From assembly GCA_963665115.1 (NCBI GenBank), contig OY762007.1, positions 4,096,001-4,160,000 of the forward strand: 64,000 nt of DNA, in the 5' to 3' direction. Origin of the DNA: an uncultured Rivularia sp. Lineage in GTDB: Bacteria > Cyanobacteriota > Cyanobacteriia > Cyanobacteriales > Nostocaceae. A program made the position numbers and the translations under genes. Shown here in pieces: positions 60,195-64,000 of this stretch. The notes beneath the pieces are model-generated. The model searched no databases and had not been told where the DNA came from. It saw only the letters and a list, made by a program, of their open reading frames with translations. The first letter of the stretch is position 1; every line of letters begins with the position of its first letter.

Positions 60195-62407
60195 CTAAAC
60201 AAAGGTAATATCGCTATCCAGATTAAAACCAGATCCATTTAGGGAAGCAACGGTATTTCCTTCATAGGATAAAGTACCGCCAACTGTGATTGTCTGTTTG
60301 AATGGGGCCCCCATCCGATATTTATAGTCTGAGAACTATAACTAAAGTCATCCAAACTAGCATCAGAAATTCCAAGAGCTTGAACATCTATACCGATTTT
60401 GTCTCCCTGGCTAGAATTAAAGTCAGTAATTATGTCATAACTACCAAAATCATCTAAGACGAACAAGTCACTACCATTATTACCACTGAGAGTATCTCTT
60501 CCGGCACCACCATACAAAGTATCGTTACCAGCTTTACCAAGTAGATTATCCTGTCCGGAACCACCATAGACAATATCGTGGTTAGCACCAGCATAGATAG
60601 TATCATTACCGTCACCACCTACCAAGATGTCGTTGCCATTATAGCCTTTGATGAAATCTGCACCATCGCTACCAAAAATATAATCGATACTATTTGAACC
60701 ATTTAGAGTATCGTTACTGTTCGTACCTGCTTGGAAGTTATCATTAAAACCGGCTAAAACCCCCGTGGTACCAGCAGCGGTAATTGCCATGCCTAAGTTA
60801 TAAGCATCTACTCTCTGGAAATCTAACCCTGTATTGGTAACGTTATCATTTTCGTCATCACCGTCATTAATAGTCACACCAGTAACTTGCATTAAATCGC
60901 GGAATTCTTCTACAGATAATCTGCGTCCTAATTCTTGTACTGCTAAGTCTTGGGCTAAAGTAGCGATACCAGCAATGAAAGGTGAAGCTTGAGAGGTACC
61001 TGCCGATGCCATATATCCACCAGTAGCATTAGCACCAGTAATTAATGCTCCAGGAGCAAAAATATCGAGTAAAGTTTCGTGTCTTTGGGAAAAACTAGCA
61101 ATCCTATCTACATCGCTGCTGTAATCAGTTGCACCACTGCCATAACCAATTGCACCTTCATTCTCTTCATATACTGCACCTACGGTAATAACATCCGAAT
61201 GTGCGCCAAAGACATTGACTCCCTGTTCGCTGCTATTGCCATAAAAATCGTTACCAGCAGCAGCAGCGACTATGACATCATTATTTGCTAAAGTCTGAAA
61301 TACATTGCTAAAACTACTAACTACTTCAGTATTGTAATTACCAGAACCAAGGGATAAGTTAACGCTGGCAATATTATAGGTATCGATGTTACTTGTCACC
61401 CATTGTAAGGCTTCATAAACATCAGTCATAGAAGCGCTAAGGCCACTATCATCAAACACTTTTAAGTGAATGATATCGGCACCAGAGGCAATGTTCCCAG
61501 CGATGCTAGAAACGTGAGAACCATGTCCGTTATAGTCTTGAGCATTATTGTCATTGTTGCCATAAAAATCATAAGAATAAGCAATGCGATCGGCAAAAAC
61601 GGAATGGTCTAAGTCAATTCCGGTATCAATGATAACCATTGAAAAACCAGAACCATCAACGTTAGCGCCAAAAGTGTTATTAAAATCATCCAATCCAACA
61701 GCATCATAGCCACTGTCAAATTGAGGTGTGAAAACATCTTCAGAACTTACATCAACTCTGATTACTTCTTGGGTTGTAGCAACAAATTCCTCATTTACAG
61801 ATTCTGAGTTGGAAGTATTGCTATTCTCACTTACACTATTGTCAGATTCGGTATTTTCAGCTTCAGTTTGATTTTGAACCTGGCTATTGTTGGTTTGACC
61901 GTTCTCAGATTCTTCTAAGTCTTGATTATCTTGGAAAAGATTTTCAGAATTATTCGAGTTTGATAAATCAAAATCTTTTTCTTTTTCTGGTTTATTTGGA
62001 TTGGATTTATTATTAACAGTTGTTTTCTTGACGATTTTAGGTAAATCTGCAAAAAAGTCTTCTCGTAAATTGTAATTATTTAGAAGAGATAAAACTTCTT
62101 TGAAGCTATTATAAATATTGGCGCTATTTACCTCATTTTCTACATCTACAGTTGTGCTGTTTGTATTTAGTATGTTATTAACTTCTGCTACATACTGGCT
62201 ATTATCAGATACAACTTGTTGCAGATTATTTATTTGCTCATCAGTCAAAGATAAATCACTTACACCATAGTTGGTAAGCATCCACCATTCGACAAACCCC
62301 GCTTTCCATTCACCATCTGTTAACTGTTCCCAATACTCATCTGAAAATACTTTTTCCAATTTTTCTTTATTCTTAACTGCTGAATTTTTATGGTTATTTA
62401 CAGACAT
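60195..62407 (-). CDS. S8 subtilase with C-terminal RTX repeats (probable frameshift error at 60304-60312)
   Basis: IDTGID, HGSHVS and GTSQASP triad; GxxGxD repeats; corrected frame ends ...FNLDSDITFV at 60195. Confidence 0.88.
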
Positions 62408-62940
62408 GATAATTCTCTCAAATTTATAAAATTGTTAAAATTTTGTTTGTCTTATTTGAATAGAGAGTTGAAGTTTTTCTCTATCTGTTAAACATCATAT
62501 TTATTATTTTTCTAATCGTAAATAGAAAATTGATGATATTTTGTTGTAGAAAATAAATGGTTTATGTAAAGTTGATAATAGTTGATAAAAGTAAATGCTT
62601 TTTCTAATTACTATTGACATTTAGCGAATATATTAAGTAATATTTTTTTATCTTAAGTATATTAATCGAGATGAATTCACTTTATTCAAAATGAAAAATA
62701 TATTGAAATACTGTTTGATTGCTGAAACTAATACTTTACCCGATACCCGTTTATGGTTGCGGCTGATAGCCTGCGGGCTTTTGCCATCCGAAGGGATGCT
62801 TTCTGCTCAATTATCTGGACTTGATGTTGAACAAAAAAATAGAGATGTCAAACTAAACATCTCCAAAAGAAAAGAAAATAGAACACAATAAGTTTTACCC
62901 ACCAAAAAATAATGACTTATATATAATTTTATAAAAATAT

Positions 62941-64000
62941 TTATAAATTAACTAATAACCTCGCTTTTCTCAGCATAAATGTTAAAACTGTTTCTTCCTT
63001 AGAAATAATATCTGCACTACCTTCCATACCTAATTGAATATTACATTGTTTCCCAGCTACATTTAAGATTAAATTATCGGGTTTAATTTGTACTTGATAA
63101 CTTGCTCCTTGAGGAACTATTCCCATTGGGGAAGCGGAGTTAGAAGCAATTGAATTAGATTGAGGATTGATTGCATCGGGGGAAATACTGCTAACCCTTC
63201 CTTTAAGAGTTCCATAATCGGGATAGGGACAAGCTGATACTCGCATATGTACTATTTGCCCAAGCTCAACTTTACTGATTTCCCCAGAGGGTATGCTGGC
63301 TTTAATTTCTAAAGGTGTGTCACTAGGAGCAATTTGAGCAATCATTTCTCCAGCACGAATCACCTGGGAGGTATTTCGCAAATTTAATTGGGCAATTATT
63401 CCAGAAGCGGAAGCTCGAATGTTAATATCTTCTAGTTCGGTTTCTATTTGTTGTAAATCTTTTTTATAAGTTTGTAATTGATTCTGTAACTGTGCTTGAT
63501 TTTGCATCAATTGTTCTTTTTGCTGCTTGAGTCTGGATGAAGTCGCTTCTCCCCTAGCTCTTTCTTGTGCAATTCTTTCTCGTGCGATCGCAATTTCTGC
63601 TGGAGTAGGATTAAGAGTAGTTTTTACCTTCTTTAATCTTGCATTCGCTACTTCTATCGCTCTTTGTTGCTTAGCAACGGTTTGTTTATGAGCTTCAACT
63701 ATGGCTTTTTGTGATTCTAGAGCTTGTTGTTGTTGCTCGACTGCGAGAATAGCTTCATCATATCTGTCTCGGGAAAGCGCACCCGATTCAACAATTGATT
63801 TATAGCGATCGCGCTTTTTCTTTGCTGTTTTTAAGGAAGCTGCGGTAGAGCGTAAATTAGCTTGAGCCGATTTTAATTCTGATTTACTTCTTCGTAAATC
63901 TTCTTGCATTAATCTAACATTAGCCGTCGCTTCTTCAACATCGGAGATAGCGCTAATTTGACGGTTTTGATGCTCCCTTTGAGTACGTTGCAATTCCGCT
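62941..64000 (-). CDS. HlyD-family membrane fusion protein (5' part beyond the window)
   Basis: Coiled coil, IRASASGII, CPYPDYGTLKG, LGMEGSADII. Confidence 0.92.
   Translation of the reverse strand, partial: AELQRTQREHQNRQISAISDVEEATANVRLMQEDLRRSKSELKSAQANLRSTAASLKTAKKKRDRYKSIVESGALSRDRYDEAILAVEQQQQALESQKAIVEAHKQTVAKQQRAIEVANARLKKVKTTLNPTPAEIAIARERIAQERARGEATSSRLKQQKEQLMQNQAQLQNQLQTYKKDLQQIETELEDINIRASASGIIAQLNLRNTSQVIRAGEMIAQIAPSDTPLEIKASIPSGEISKVELGQIVHMRVSACPYPDYGTLKGRVSSISPDAINPQSNSIASNSASPMGIVPQGASYQVQIKPDNLILNVAGKQCNIQLGMEGSADIISKEETVLTFMLRKARLLVNL

Noticed and set aside
62691..62891. 66-aa ORF or possible IS200/IS605 end remnant
   Set aside because: Resemblance too weak to support either call

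Overview
AT-rich window from a heterocyst-forming cyanobacterium (Nostocales; a Rivularia/Calothrix-like lineage is my inference). Evidence for this: frequent HIP1 GCGATCGC, heptamer STRR repeats, a split-intein dnaE-c and a nif cluster with excision elements. The left half (1-26.6 kb) is mostly housekeeping and accessory genes: pentapeptide protein, yqeG, proB, a heme-oxygenase-like diiron enzyme with two methyltransferases, two RodZ-like HTH genes, gatA, dnaE-c, a SWIM/DUF5691/MoxR-AAA module and a TonB receptor. The middle is the nif cluster, with nifP(cysE)-nifV-nifZ-nifT divergent from nifB-fdxN-nifS-nifU-nifH. The main result is that this one nif transcription unit appears to be interrupted four times by recombinase-encoding elements. 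nifH is cut into at least four pieces. Element 1 is 1,836 bp (ACTTAGA repeats, XisA/C-type tyrosine recombinase). A 77-bp micro-segment then carries the second 4Fe-4S cysteine. Element 2 is 1,729 bp (14-bp TCCGCGAAGGAAAA repeats, a different tyrosine recombinase). Element 3 is a >18.8 kb serine-recombinase element carrying secretion/adhesin cargo and runs off the window. A fourth, ~2.5-kb Xis-type element appears to lie in the non-coding nifB leader, between CnfR-type promoter motifs and nifB. Several frameshifts (proB, nifS, one xis and others) all fall in over-long G/C runs and look like systematic sequencing errors rather than pseudogenes.
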